64,000 nucleotides of DNA. Origin: an uncultured Spirochaetota bacterium (GTDB lineage: Bacteria; Spirochaetota; Spirochaetia; SZUA-6; Fen-1364). Below the pieces are notes generated by a model. That model was not told the origin of the DNA. It did not search any database and saw nothing but the letters and a program-made list of their open reading frames with translations. The first letter of the stretch is position 1. Every line of letters starts with the position of its first letter. Where the stretch lies: positions 1,498,741-1,562,740 of the forward strand of contig CAWAHW010000002.1 in the NCBI GenBank assembly GCA_963781885.1, read 5' to 3'. Positions 20,498 to 29,444 of this stretch are shown piece after piece. Position numbers and translations under genes: made by a program.

Positions 20498-20730
20498 GGC
20501 AATCCCTTTTCGCCGCTCCAGCTCGACGACCAGTCAATGTGCACAAGATCGTCCAGGCTCCCAATGACCGCCTCATGACGCTCAAGCCGGTCCAGTCGGC
20601 CCGCGGAATCCGCGACAATTCGAATCCGCCTTCCTTTCCGCTCAATGACGGCAGGGATTCCTGTCCTGAGAACATCATCGAGCACCGCGTAAAGACTCTC
20701 CCGAAGTTTTGTTGCGCTTAGCTTCTTCAT
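20494..20730 (-). CDS. Phd/YefM family antitoxin
   Basis: MKKLSATKLRESLYAVLDDVLRTG.PAVIERKG; GTGA overlap with the toxin gene. Confidence 0.85.
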   Translation of the reverse strand: MKKLSATKLRESLYAVLDDVLRTGIPAVIERKGRRIRIVADSAGRLDRLERHEAVIGSLDDLVHIDWSSSWSGEKGLP

Positions 20731-20737
20731 GGCGCAA

Positions 20738-20778
20738 AGCATAGCTCCGTACGTACGTCCCGTCAATAGCGTACGTAC
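20738..20778 (-). promoter_or_regulatory. Leaderless promoter with two GTACGTAC palindromic operators
   Basis: TTGACG(20766-61)-N17-TATGCT(20743-38), ATG 7 nt later; palindromes cgtacgtacg 20748-57 and gtacgtac 20771-78. Confidence 0.7.
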
Positions 20779-20813
20779 TTTACTGGTACCGTAAAAGCGT
20801 TTCTCTCGCTTTG

Positions 20814-21236
20814 CTACGTCGCTTCCAGGATTTTCCCGACATGAAGGAGAAGAGCTTCCGCGATACTGATGGCCCCGACAGCATCCTCGACAAAAAAGGC
20901 CTGATCGGGTGTGATGTCCGGGAGCCCGTTCGGGTACCGAGTCGGGACATAGTAGCGATCCAACCTTGCGCCATCAACGGCGCGATCGATGAAAGTGTTG
21001 AAAGTCGCGATATCGAGGTGCCTGAGCTCATTGATGAGCCTGCTCACGGAATGCCCCCAGGGATCGCCACCGAGAAAGTACCAAACCGCTTTCATCGCCT
21101 TCTCTGCCGCCTGCTGCGCGTGGAAGCATGCATGCGCGAACCTTCCGGCTTGAAGAAGGACCTTTGCGGTCGTGAGGTCCTCATTGCCTGTCTTCAGCCA
21201 GCGCAGGGCCTCGAGCCTATTCTTTTCCGCGCTCAT
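20814..21236 (-). CDS. HEPN domain protein (MNT-HEPN toxin-like)
   Basis: ACFHAQQAAEKAMKA...GHS...LDRYYVPTRYP. Confidence 0.9.
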   Translation of the reverse strand: MSAEKNRLEALRWLKTGNEDLTTAKVLLQAGRFAHACFHAQQAAEKAMKAVWYFLGGDPWGHSVSRLINELRHLDIATFNTFIDRAVDGARLDRYYVPTRYPNGLPDITPDQAFFVEDAVGAISIAEALLLHVGKILEAT

Positions 21237-21588
21237 AGATCAGCTTCCCCTCCGCGAGAGCTCTGCGAATGAATGGCCGATCGCGATTGCGGTCCAGTTC
21301 CTCCGGCGTATAAATAAGGATGTCCAGTTCCATGAACGGAAGAGCCTGGCGGAGGCCGGAAATCTTGTCGTAGCGCGCGAAAAAGCGTGCACTCGTTTCC
21401 ATAACAAGGAGAATATCCAGGTCGCTTTTTCTGTCCTGCGTACCGCGCGCATGCGATCCGAAGATAATGGCCTTCTCAACGCCGCATTGCTCGAGAATCG
21501 GCAGCAACAATTCCCGAATCTCTTCCAGCCTGAGCGCGGCAACAGGGCTCATACTCGGAATGGTAGAATCCCTATCTTTGGAAGTCAA
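21217..21588 (-). CDS. Minimal nucleotidyltransferase (MNT) antitoxin
   Basis: IFGSHARG...SDLDILLV...LDILIYTPEE. Confidence 0.9.
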   Translation of the reverse strand: MTSKDRDSTIPSMSPVAALRLEEIRELLLPILEQCGVEKAIIFGSHARGTQDRKSDLDILLVMETSARFFARYDKISGLRQALPFMELDILIYTPEELDRNRDRPFIRRALAEGKLIYERGKE

Positions 21589-21644
21589 TCGGAGCCGAAT
21601 GGCCTCCTGGCAAGGGCCGACAGTAGAAGGCAGCAGGCGCGCGG

Positions 21645-21673
21645 TTGAGCGCTATCCAACGTTCGTGTACCAT
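21645..21673 (+). promoter_or_regulatory. Leaderless sigma70-type promoter
   Basis: TTGAGC-N17-TACCAT, ATG 6 nt downstream. Confidence 0.55.
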
Positions 21674-21679
21674 TACAAC

Positions 21680-22024
21680 ATGGATGCCGCGGCGATTCTG
21701 ACGGATGAGGAAGTTCGAGCCGCCTTGTCCACGCTCAAAGAGCGCCTGAACACGGTGCTGGGAAACGCGCTCGTGAAGCTTGTTCTGTACGGCTCCCGAG
21801 CCCGCGGCGATGCAGATCCTGATTCAGACGTGGATGTTGCCATTGTCGTACGAGGGCTGGATAAGGTGCTCAAAGAGCGCATCCTCCGCGTCGTGACGGA
21901 TATCGAGCTGGACAGCCTTGTGCCGCTTTCCACAATGATCCTGTCAGAGAATGCCTACCTTCAGCTTCTCGATAAAGAACGCCGGCTCGCGCTTGATATT
22001 GAGCGTGAGGGGGTCCCCTTGTGA
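21680..22024 (+). CDS. Minimal nucleotidyltransferase (MNT) antitoxin
   Basis: LYGSRARGDADPDSDVDVAIV...IEREGVPL. Confidence 0.9.
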   Translation: MDAAAILTDEEVRAALSTLKERLNTVLGNALVKLVLYGSRARGDADPDSDVDVAIVVRGLDKVLKERILRVVTDIELDSLVPLSTMILSENAYLQLLDKERRLALDIEREGVPL

Positions 22025-22428
22025 CCGAAATCAACCGGGAAGCCGCCATCCAGGAGGAATTGAGCTGTGCTGACGGTGCGTTTGCGGCGTCCAGGCTCCT
22101 TTCCGAAAAAGGCTTTCCACTGGATGCCGTCTCGCGATTGTATTACTCGGTCCTGTATCGCGTAAGGGCGCTGCTTCTCACCGAGGGTTTGGAGCCAAAA
22201 AGCCACGAAGGGGCTCTTCGGCTTCTTTCCATGCACTTCGTAAAGGCGGGGCGACTTCAACCGGAGGATTCGCACCTTTTTTCCCGACTGATGAAGTATA
22301 GGGAGGAGGCGGACTACAATCCTTCGTACTCATTTTCTGCCGATGATGTGCGCACACTGCATGACGAAGCGGCCAGTTTTTCGAAACGCGTCCTCGATCT
22401 CATACGCCAGGCAAGGCTCAATGGGTAA
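22021..22428 (+). CDS. HEPN domain protein
   Basis: AVSRLYYS...KSHEG...REEADY; GTGA overlap with the MNT gene. Confidence 0.9.
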   Translation: MTEINREAAIQEELSCADGAFAASRLLSEKGFPLDAVSRLYYSVLYRVRALLLTEGLEPKSHEGALRLLSMHFVKAGRLQPEDSHLFSRLMKYREEADYNPSYSFSADDVRTLHDEAASFSKRVLDLIRQARLNG

Positions 22429-22434
22429 AGCCTT

Positions 22435-22821
22435 CTAAATCGGGTCCCAGACGCGGTCGAACCCGAAGTCGGAGAAGTCCGTCACATTCCCCGCTGCACG
22501 CAAAGTCAGGGCGAGCCTTGCATCGATAATTCGGCGACGAGCGAATGCCGGTGTTCCAGCGTGCTGCCAGACCTCACCCATGACGGGCATGCATTCGACC
22601 AACCGCCACAGGGGATTCGAGCGATATCCCTCACACACTTGTGCGGCCTCTTTTGCCGAATAGGGATCAGGGAACACGGCCGGATTCCGCATCAACAGGT
22701 AGATGCAATCACGACGTCGTTACGGTCGCTCAATTGAAGGAGAAAACTCCGGGCCCGCTCATGCTCGGAAATGCTTTTGTTCAGAGATATAGATGATGAT
22801 GTTTGCGTCGAATGAGGCCAT
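22435..22821 (-). pseudogene. Degenerate VapC PIN toxin
   Basis: Fragments MASFDANIIIY / EHERARSFL / YLLMRNPAVF..RRRIIDARLALTL..NVTDFSDFGF joined only through frameshifts and apparent deletions. Confidence 0.7.
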
Positions 22822-22830
22822 CCAAGCTCC

Positions 22831-23076
22831 CTACGCCCTACCCGCCTCATCCTTTTCTACCAGATCGCGCCAATTGTCAGAGACGATCTTTGGAACGCCC
22901 AAATCCCTCGGGTCGGGGAGCGTCCAAGCGCCCCGATGCTTGTTGGGTGGATATTGAGCAACCATCTGCTCGACGGCGCGTCTGAAGACTTCGGATACGC
23001 TCCAATCCTGCAGGGCTGCGACGCGCTTGACCTCACGATAGAGGGGTTCAGGTATCTGAACCTGAGTCCTTTTCAT
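22831..23076 (-). CDS. Ribbon-helix-helix (CopG-like) antitoxin
   Basis: MKRTQVQIPEPLYREVKRVA..DWSVSEVFRRAVE. Confidence 0.82.
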   Translation of the reverse strand: MKRTQVQIPEPLYREVKRVAALQDWSVSEVFRRAVEQMVAQYPPNKHRGAWTLPDPRDLGVPKIVSDNWRDLVEKDEAGRA

Positions 23077-23176
23077 ACCATCACTAGTACAGCGCTGCCT
23101 TATTGAGGTCAATGATGGAATCGACTCGATCTCTCCACAGGAATGCCCTCAAGGGCTTGCTGCCAGAGGTGGCCGG

Positions 23177-23644
23177 CTACATGGGGGGTAGGTGGGAAGG
23201 AGGCTCTTGGGCCGCCGACAATGGATCGCGGACCTTCAGTCCGGGAACAACGACAAATCCCGCATCGTGCGTCAAGATTTCGGTCACGCCGGCATCGAGA
23301 GCGACCAGGCCTATCTGAAGGTCGAAAATCCGAGGCCCCCGGATATCGAGCTGCTCGGCGATTTGCATGCATCGAGGCACAAGCGAGGCAGGCGGCGGAA
23401 AAATCGTTGCCCCTCCTGTTTGAATCAGCGATTCGATGAAACGTCGGGCTGTTGCGGGCAGCGATCCGCCACCGACGCTTGAAGCGTGGGTGACCACGCT
23501 CCAGAACTCAAGAATGCAAGGCGAAGGGATCCCCCATCCATCTGAATCGTTGGCAGCTTCTTCTATCGCGCGACGTGCAGCTCCGTGCTCCGGGCACCCG
23601 GCACGATGCGCATAAATGAGAAGGTTGGTGTCAACCGCGATCAC
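23177..23644 (-). CDS. VapC-type PIN domain toxin
   Basis: IAVDTNLLIYAH..EFWSVVTH..IFDLQI..ILTHDAGF. Confidence 0.9.
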   Translation of the reverse strand: MIAVDTNLLIYAHRAGCPEHGAARRAIEEAANDSDGWGIPSPCILEFWSVVTHASSVGGGSLPATARRFIESLIQTGGATIFPPPASLVPRCMQIAEQLDIRGPRIFDLQIGLVALDAGVTEILTHDAGFVVVPGLKVRDPLSAAQEPPSHLPPM

Positions 23645-23889
23645 CGCGACGACCCGATCCAATCGTGCAAGGAAGAGCGGTCGGCAACGTCCAGACCAGG
23701 CGGCAATCCGCCAGGAGCGACGACCCATTTGATCTTTCGGGTGCCGCCCCGGGCCTGCCTATCCGTGGAGGAAGATAACTCCCGACGAAGACCTCGCTCT
23801 ATCAGGACCCGAAGCGGCGTGCGCGTTTCCGCGGAACGCTTCTTGGCCTGGATCAGGAGATCGTCTGGAAGATCGACGGTTGTTTTCAT
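23641..23889 (-). CDS. VapB-type RHH antitoxin
   Basis: MKTTVDLPDDLLIQAKKRSAE...LIERGLRREL; GTGA overlap with the toxin gene. Confidence 0.85.
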   Translation of the reverse strand: MKTTVDLPDDLLIQAKKRSAETRTPLRVLIERGLRRELSSSTDRQARGGTRKIKWVVAPGGLPPGLDVADRSSLHDWIGSSR

Positions 23890-23997
23890 ACAGGAAAACA
23901 TATAACCATATTCCCATATAAGTCAAACCTCTGGCTGCTTGCAAATACATAATGGGCCTGCCAGCGACGTCATGTTGTCCGCGACGGAAGCGCGCGG

Positions 23998-24053
23998 TTG
24001 ACACCGCACCATTTCTGCAATATCGTGCGAGTCAGCAAATGCATGCATGGAGG
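23998..24053 (+). promoter_or_regulatory. Promoter, palindrome and RBS of the FitA-like/VapC pair
   Basis: TTGACA-N17-TATCGT; palindrome atgcatgcat 24039-48; GGAGG 24049-53. Confidence 0.6.
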
Positions 24054-24059
24054 CACGCA

Positions 24060-24314
24060 ATGAGTCAAATTACTTTGCGCAATTTGCCTGGACCTTTGGA
24101 AAAAGAAATCCGTAAAGAGGCGCGCCGCCGGGGCTCCAGCCTCAATAGGACTGTCATCGGCATTTTGGAAAGGGGGCTGGGGATGCAATCTGGCCAGGAC
24201 AAGAAGCGCGATCTGGCGTCCCTGGCGGGAACGTGGGATGAGGCCGCTTTGGCCGAATTTCGGGAGGCCACTTCGGTATTCGACAAGATCGATCGCGAAA
24301 ACTGGCAGCTATGA
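24060..24314 (+). CDS. FitA-like RHH antitoxin
   Basis: MSQITLRNLP..LEKEIRKEARRRGSSLN...DLASLAGTW. Confidence 0.82.
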   Translation: MSQITLRNLPGPLEKEIRKEARRRGSSLNRTVIGILERGLGMQSGQDKKRDLASLAGTWDEAALAEFREATSVFDKIDRENWQL

Positions 24315-24715
24315 CCCTCTGCATCGACACAAACGTGTACGCCGCGCTCAAACGCGGTCACAAGCAAGTACGATCGTTGATTGAAGCCGCCGATGAGATT
24401 ATCGTTCCCACGATTGTCCTTGGAGAGCTCTATGCCGGATTCGCTCTTGGCAGCCGCGAAAACGCGAATATTCGGGAGCTTGCGAGTTTCCTTCGTTTGC
24501 CGGGCGTGACCGTTGTACCAGTATCCGAGCAGGTTGCCGAGCGCTACGGAGCCCTGATGAAAAGCCTCAAAGCCCTGGGCATGCCTATTCCGACAAATGA
24601 TGTCTGGATTGCTTCGATAGCGCTGCAGACGGGAGCGCGTCTTCTCTCACTGGATCTTCGTTTTCGTAGAATTCCGGCAATCGTCCACATACCGGTCGAT
24701 TCAGAGGAATCCTGA
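24311..24715 (+). CDS. VapC-type PIN domain toxin
   Basis: IDTNVY, VLGEL, IPTNDVWIA, LLSLD. Confidence 0.92.
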   Translation: MTLCIDTNVYAALKRGHKQVRSLIEAADEIIVPTIVLGELYAGFALGSRENANIRELASFLRLPGVTVVPVSEQVAERYGALMKSLKALGMPIPTNDVWIASIALQTGARLLSLDLRFRRIPAIVHIPVDSEES

Positions 24716-24734
24716 CCTGAGGGCCGCCGTCAGC

Positions 24735-25601
24735 TCATCCCCCGAAGACCTGGCCTGCCCCCGTTTCAGCGGGGCCTTCCAATTGCGGCACCTGGGAAAA
24801 GCCTTCGTGTTTCAAGGATGCCCTCACCTGGCTGAGAAGCTGTTCCCGGCTTATCTTTCCCTGGGTGTCGCGAATGTGTCTGCAAAAAAAGTAGGAAAAC
24901 GCCCCGTTGGGCGACCCACCGATGTTTGCATCCGATGAGTACTGGTCCGGCTTGCAGGCCGCCCACAGCACGTGATTCATCCCTTCTTCTCCGGCAAAGC
25001 GCCGCACCGTCAGCTCCTTTCCGAATATCTCATCCGCCCGATGCGCGATGTCGGCGGGCGGCGCCAGGTAGCGCGGGCGGATGCACCAGGCGCTCTTCCA
25101 GAGATCCTGCTCGCACAAGGCGCCGCCGGAAAAGCCGCCCAGCGCCTTTCTGTCAAGGATCATTTCCCGCGTCCCCGTTCCCGAATGACAGGAATCCAGG
25201 ATCACCTCCAGGCGCGCTCCCTTCTTCAACCCCGTGAACATCTGCCGAAAATCGTCGTCCTTGATGTACCCGTCTTCCCAGTTGAAATCCCACGGACAGA
25301 TGATCTCATCCTTGCCGTCATCCATCTCGTCTCCGTCCGTATCGCGCACCTGCGATCCATGCCCCGAATAGTGGAAGACCAGCGTGTCCCCCGGCTTTCC
25401 CCTGCCTACCATGGCCGCCAGCCCGTTCAGGATGGCCTTCCGTGTTGCCCTCTTGTCCGACAGCATTGTGATGTCCGACGATGCGAACCCGAAGTACTTC
25501 ACCAGGACGTCACAGACGTTGGTGATGTCGTTCACGCATCCCTGGAGGTCATTCTGCGTGCCGGGGTAGTCATTGATGCCGACCAGTAGTGCATGCTTCA
25601 T
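24735..25601 (-). CDS. Caspase-family protease (peptidase C14, metacaspase-like)
   Basis: ALLVGINDY, LQGCVND, catalytic dyad HYSGHG and DSCHSG, GAFS, QVPQL. Confidence 0.92.
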   Translation of the reverse strand: MKHALLVGINDYPGTQNDLQGCVNDITNVCDVLVKYFGFASSDITMLSDKRATRKAILNGLAAMVGRGKPGDTLVFHYSGHGSQVRDTDGDEMDDGKDEIICPWDFNWEDGYIKDDDFRQMFTGLKKGARLEVILDSCHSGTGTREMILDRKALGGFSGGALCEQDLWKSAWCIRPRYLAPPADIAHRADEIFGKELTVRRFAGEEGMNHVLWAACKPDQYSSDANIGGSPNGAFSYFFCRHIRDTQGKISREQLLSQVRASLKHEGFSQVPQLEGPAETGAGQVFGG

Positions 25602-25695
25602 CTGACATTCTCCTATAAAACAATTTGTGCCAGACTAACATGACGGAGAACGGTCCGCAAGTTGCCGCTCCCATTTCCAGTGGCTACTTTTTCCT

Positions 25696-26818
25696 ATGAT
25701 CGTTCGACAAAACCGTCTCATCCTTTCCGCGGTCCTGCTGCAGGCGATATGCCTTGCCCTGCCCGCCTCCGCACCCGCGCAAGACCAGGGCATGCCCTTT
25801 TCCCTCAGCGTCCCAACAGGATTTCACATTGCGATGGTATCCAGCAGGGTTGAAGGCGCCCGTTTTCTCGCGGTGGCGCCGAATGGCGACATCATCATAT
25901 CCGAAGTCTCCCGCGGCCAGGTGGTTGCCGTCCATCCGGGGTCGTCGCCTGGGGCTCAGCCCGCGGTGGTGGCGCGCGATCTGCACAAGCCGAACGGTCT
26001 TGCCTTCCGCGGAAACGATCTCTATATCGCCACATGGTCGGGCATCGTCATTGTGCCCGACTATCCAGCGCGGATAAGCTCCCCGCGCGTTCTTTTCAGC
26101 AACATGCCCAGAAACGGCGACCACAATGCCAGGGCGCTCGCGCTTGCGGCTGACGGGGGCATCTTCATCTCATCCGGCTCCGACTGCAACATCTGCACCG
26201 AGGGCGACCCACGCCTGGCGACAATCCTTCACTACACAGCCGACGGCGCAGTGAATCGCATCTACGCCTACGGGCTTCGCAACGCGAGCGGTCTTGCCAT
26301 CGATGCGCAGCAGAGACTGTGGGCCGTCGTAAACCAGCGGGACAATATCACCCCCGTTCACACCGACCTTCCCCCTGACGAGCTCGAACATGGTCCAGGA
26401 CGGTGGCAACTACGGCTGGCCGACCTGCTATCCGGTTGGTACGACGCGACTGCCGAATCCCGAGTTTGCATCCGCTTCGTGCGCGGCCGTTCTGCCAACA
26501 ACAATGAACTTCCAGGCTCATTCCGCGCCGCTCCAGGCGCTGTTCTACCAGGGATCGCAATTCCCGCGACGCTACCAGGGAGCGCTGTTTACGGCTTTCC
26601 ACGGCTCGTGGAACCGCAACCCGCCCACGGGCTACAAGGTGGTCGCGGTGACCTTCACGGACGGCAAGCCCGACGTGGTGGAGGATTTCGTGACAGGGTG
26701 GCTGGATGGACGCGGAAAGGTCCTGGGTCGTCCCGTCGGCCTTGCCGTCTCAGCCGACGGCTCGCTCTACGTGAGTGATGATACGGGGTATGTGTTCAAA
26801 GTGTGGTGGGGAGGATGA
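25696..26818 (+). CDS. Secreted glucose/sorbosone dehydrogenase-family beta-propeller; frameshift near 26386
   Basis: Signal peptide, SSGSDCNIC, GLRNASGL, then second frame NYGWP, AHSAP, FHGSWNR, GRPVGL, YVSDD. Confidence 0.85.
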
Positions 26819-26950
26819 TAAGAAGGCGGGGGGGCGATTCAGATAGCACCGCCCCAGAGGAGTGATTCTTCTTGACGACTTTCGGTGGACGATCATCTGG
26901 CTCTTGTCAACACCGGAAACTTTTACGTACTCTTACCTGAGGAGAATGCA

Positions 26951-27175
26951 ATGAGATATGCTGGTCGAATCGCGGCCGCTCCGGATATCATGCTCGGAAA
27001 ACCAGTTGTTGCCGGAACACGGATCACCGTCGAGATCATTGTGCGCAAACTCGCGGGAGGCTTCACCATCGGTGAATTGATTGATTCGTACCCGCGACTG
27101 TCGGAGGACGATGTATTTGCTGCGATCGAGTACAGCGCGGATGTTCTTGCAGGCGAGGAGATGATGCCTGTATAG
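26951..27175 (+). CDS. DUF433 family antitoxin
   Basis: PDIMLGKPVVAGTRITVE...YPRLSEDDVFAAIEY. Confidence 0.88.
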   Translation: MRYAGRIAAAPDIMLGKPVVAGTRITVEIIVRKLAGGFTIGELIDSYPRLSEDDVFAAIEYSADVLAGEEMMPV

Positions 27176-27440
27176 GCTGCTGGCCGACGGGAGCGTCGAT
27201 TTCCGTATCATACGATTTCTACGCTCGAAGAATGTGATAGTTGAATCGGTGTACAGGTTTTGCAGCTTGCGCACCAAAGCGGGAAGATTGTCGTTACTGA
27301 AGATAGTGATTTCGGAGAGTGGGTTTTCGCGCATGGCGCGAAAACCGCTGGCGTCATCTTTCTGAGGTATTCGCAGTCAGAACGAGAACAGATCCAAACC
27401 TCTCTCGTGAACATACTCGAGAATCCTTCAAAGGATCTCG
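27172..27440 (+). pseudogene. DUF5615 (VapC45-like PIN) toxin remnant
   Basis: LLADGSVDFRIIRFLR then frameshift/deletion, VLQLA..KIVVTEDSDFGEWVF..AGVIFLR; 3' end lost at the IS remnant. Confidence 0.65.
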
Positions 27441-27790
27441 AGATAGTGTACAAATGGGTTCGCAATTTCGGCTTTGAACAGAGGCCGTCGAAGGCTCCAT
27501 GGTCTGAGTTGCAACACACCAAACCGGAGAAAGACAGACGATGGCCAAGCTCAACTATATTGAGTACTTCAATCGCACGCTACTGAAATTTGCAGAAGAG
27601 AGCGACCCGTTGTACGCGATGCTGCAGTGGATGACCGAGAAAATCATGCAACTGGAAGCCAAGCAAAAGGTCGCCGCTCAGAAGTGTGAGCACACGACGT
27701 AACGCACAACGCACTTCTCGGGCAATCGCCTACGGCGGTTCGATACCCGTCTGGGAACCAATTATCTCTGGTTCCCAAATTGTTACCACT
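27441..27790 (+). mobile_element. IS256-family transposase remnant (5' portion)
   Basis: From ATG 27541: MAKLNY..DPLYAMLQWMTEKIMQLE..KCEHTT*RTTHFSGNRLRRFDTRLGT..VPKL, with an internal stop; left boundary is approximate. Confidence 0.7.
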
Positions 27791-27954
27791 GCTTGGTTAT
27801 TGATCCAGTTCAACGCTCTGCTCGCGCGTCGGAACAAGCCCAGCCGTCACGAACGGAAAATGGGCGTGGTGCCATGCCGTGGAATTCTAGACCATGATGC
27901 GCCCACGCCCCAAACTCGTGCCCATTGACATATTTTTCGAATTGACCAAGTGTA

Positions 27955-29394
27955 TCAGCTTCTAAAAAGCTCCATTATTCTTCCCCTGTTCAGGAGGAAC
28001 ATTGCCAATCCGGAAATGGCCACCAGTGCCGCGGCAACCGAAAACCAGGGCAACAAGCTGAGCCCCGTCATCAGGAAAAGGCAGGAGGAGATGGGCATGC
28101 TGATGAGAAACGGAAGCATAATTGAGGAGTACTTGTAGCCTATGTGCTCGACTTTCTCCACCAGGACCAGCGTGAAAATCGAAATAGAAACATTATAGAG
28201 CAGCGACGACAAAGAGGCTCCGAACATCCCGAGATGAGGAATAATCAATATATTCAGCCCGATGTTCAGCAAAGCGCCGAGTACTGTCACCAGGGGCAGG
28301 TAGTAGGTTTTCTTTGCAAAAAGGCCATTGCACGTCAGAAGGTAGACTCCGTAGAAAGCGTACCCGGTCGTCAACGGCGCGACGACTCTCCACGAGTCGG
28401 AGAATCGCGCATTGACCATGAATCTCATCAGGAGAGGTGACGCATAGGTGATGCCGACACCCAGGAAAGCAAAAACGCTCACGATCATCCCGACATTTCG
28501 CCTGATGGCCTCGCGCCCCGGAGCGCCTTTCTCAATATGGTCGAAAAACCACGGCGAATATGCCTGCAGCACGGCCGCCGTGATGACATTCATGATATTT
28601 CCAAACTGGTATCCAACGCTGTAGATGCCGACTTCCGCCGTTCCGCGCATGTTGTTGAGGAACAGCCTGTCGATCGTCACCGCCGTGAACGCCGCTAGGT
28701 TGTACGGGATCAGCGGCAGCGAATAGCGCAGCGATTCTTTCAGTATTTTCCAGTCTATACCGACGCGGATGTGAGGAAAAATCCTGATCCCGCTGTAGAT
28801 AAAGAATACGAGATTGGTGATTGCGTTCGCGGCAAGGATTCCCGCCGCCGACCATTTCATCACCAGGACGAAGAACAGCGTCAGGCCGATGTTGAGGAGA
28901 AATGCGGCAAGATTATTCAGGCCGTAGCTTCGACCCTTTTGTTCCGTCTGGAGCATCGACTGGAAAAAAATATAGACCGGGCTCAGCCCGATTGCGATTA
29001 GACCGAGGAGAATATAGGGATTGAAATCGATTCCTCCCGCAAGAGGGTCGAGCAGGTAGCGGTGCAGGAATCCAAAAAGGCAGCACAGGACGAGGCTGTT
29101 TGCGACGACAAATGTGATGCACGACCCCCAAATCTTCTTGATCCGCTCGGGATCGCTCTTGTACGTGAAATAGAATCTGCTCGCTGCTCCGTTCAGCGAC
29201 AGGCTGCAGATTGCGGAAAGCAGTCCCACGATTGTGGTGACTACATTGACAGTCCCATATGCCGTCGGCGACAAGACGGCCGTATAGAGAGGAAGCAGAA
29301 AAAAGCCGATCGCCTTCTGCAGAAAGGAGATGACAACATATATCGCGGTGTTCTTAAACGTGATCTTCTTGAAAATCTTTTCAAGGCTCCTCAA
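27955..29394 (-). CDS. wzx: Wzx-type polysaccharide flippase
   Basis: FLLPLYTAVLSPTAYG, YSLPL, DRLFL..EVGIYSVG, LNILIIP..G..GAS; many TM segments. Confidence 0.88.
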   Translation of the reverse strand: MRSLEKIFKKITFKNTAIYVVISFLQKAIGFFLLPLYTAVLSPTAYGTVNVVTTIVGLLSAICSLSLNGAASRFYFTYKSDPERIKKIWGSCITFVVANSLVLCCLFGFLHRYLLDPLAGGIDFNPYILLGLIAIGLSPVYIFFQSMLQTEQKGRSYGLNNLAAFLLNIGLTLFFVLVMKWSAAGILAANAITNLVFFIYSGIRIFPHIRVGIDWKILKESLRYSLPLIPYNLAAFTAVTIDRLFLNNMRGTAEVGIYSVGYQFGNIMNVITAAVLQAYSPWFFDHIEKGAPGREAIRRNVGMIVSVFAFLGVGITYASPLLMRFMVNARFSDSWRVVAPLTTGYAFYGVYLLTCNGLFAKKTYYLPLVTVLGALLNIGLNILIIPHLGMFGASLSSLLYNVSISIFTLVLVEKVEHIGYKYSSIMLPFLISMPISSCLFLMTGLSLLPWFSVAAALVAISGLAMFLLNRGRIMELFRS

Positions 29395-29444
29395 GTCCTG
29401 CTCCGTGTCCGCAAAAAATTATGGCAATTCATGCAGATGAGAGA

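Noticed and set aside
26825-26860. Rho-independent terminator after the sugar dehydrogenase
   Set aside because: A ggggcg/cgcccc stem exists but has a long loop and no U-tract; too weak to call
18861-27440. Integron cassette array explaining the TA cluster
   Set aside because: Mixed orientations, no repeated attC-like (RYYYAAC...GTTRRRY) elements recognised between modules, and no integrase in the window
27735-27752. tRNA T-loop-like GGTTCGATACC
   Set aside because: It encodes the RFDTR motif of the IS256 transposase remnant; no cloverleaf
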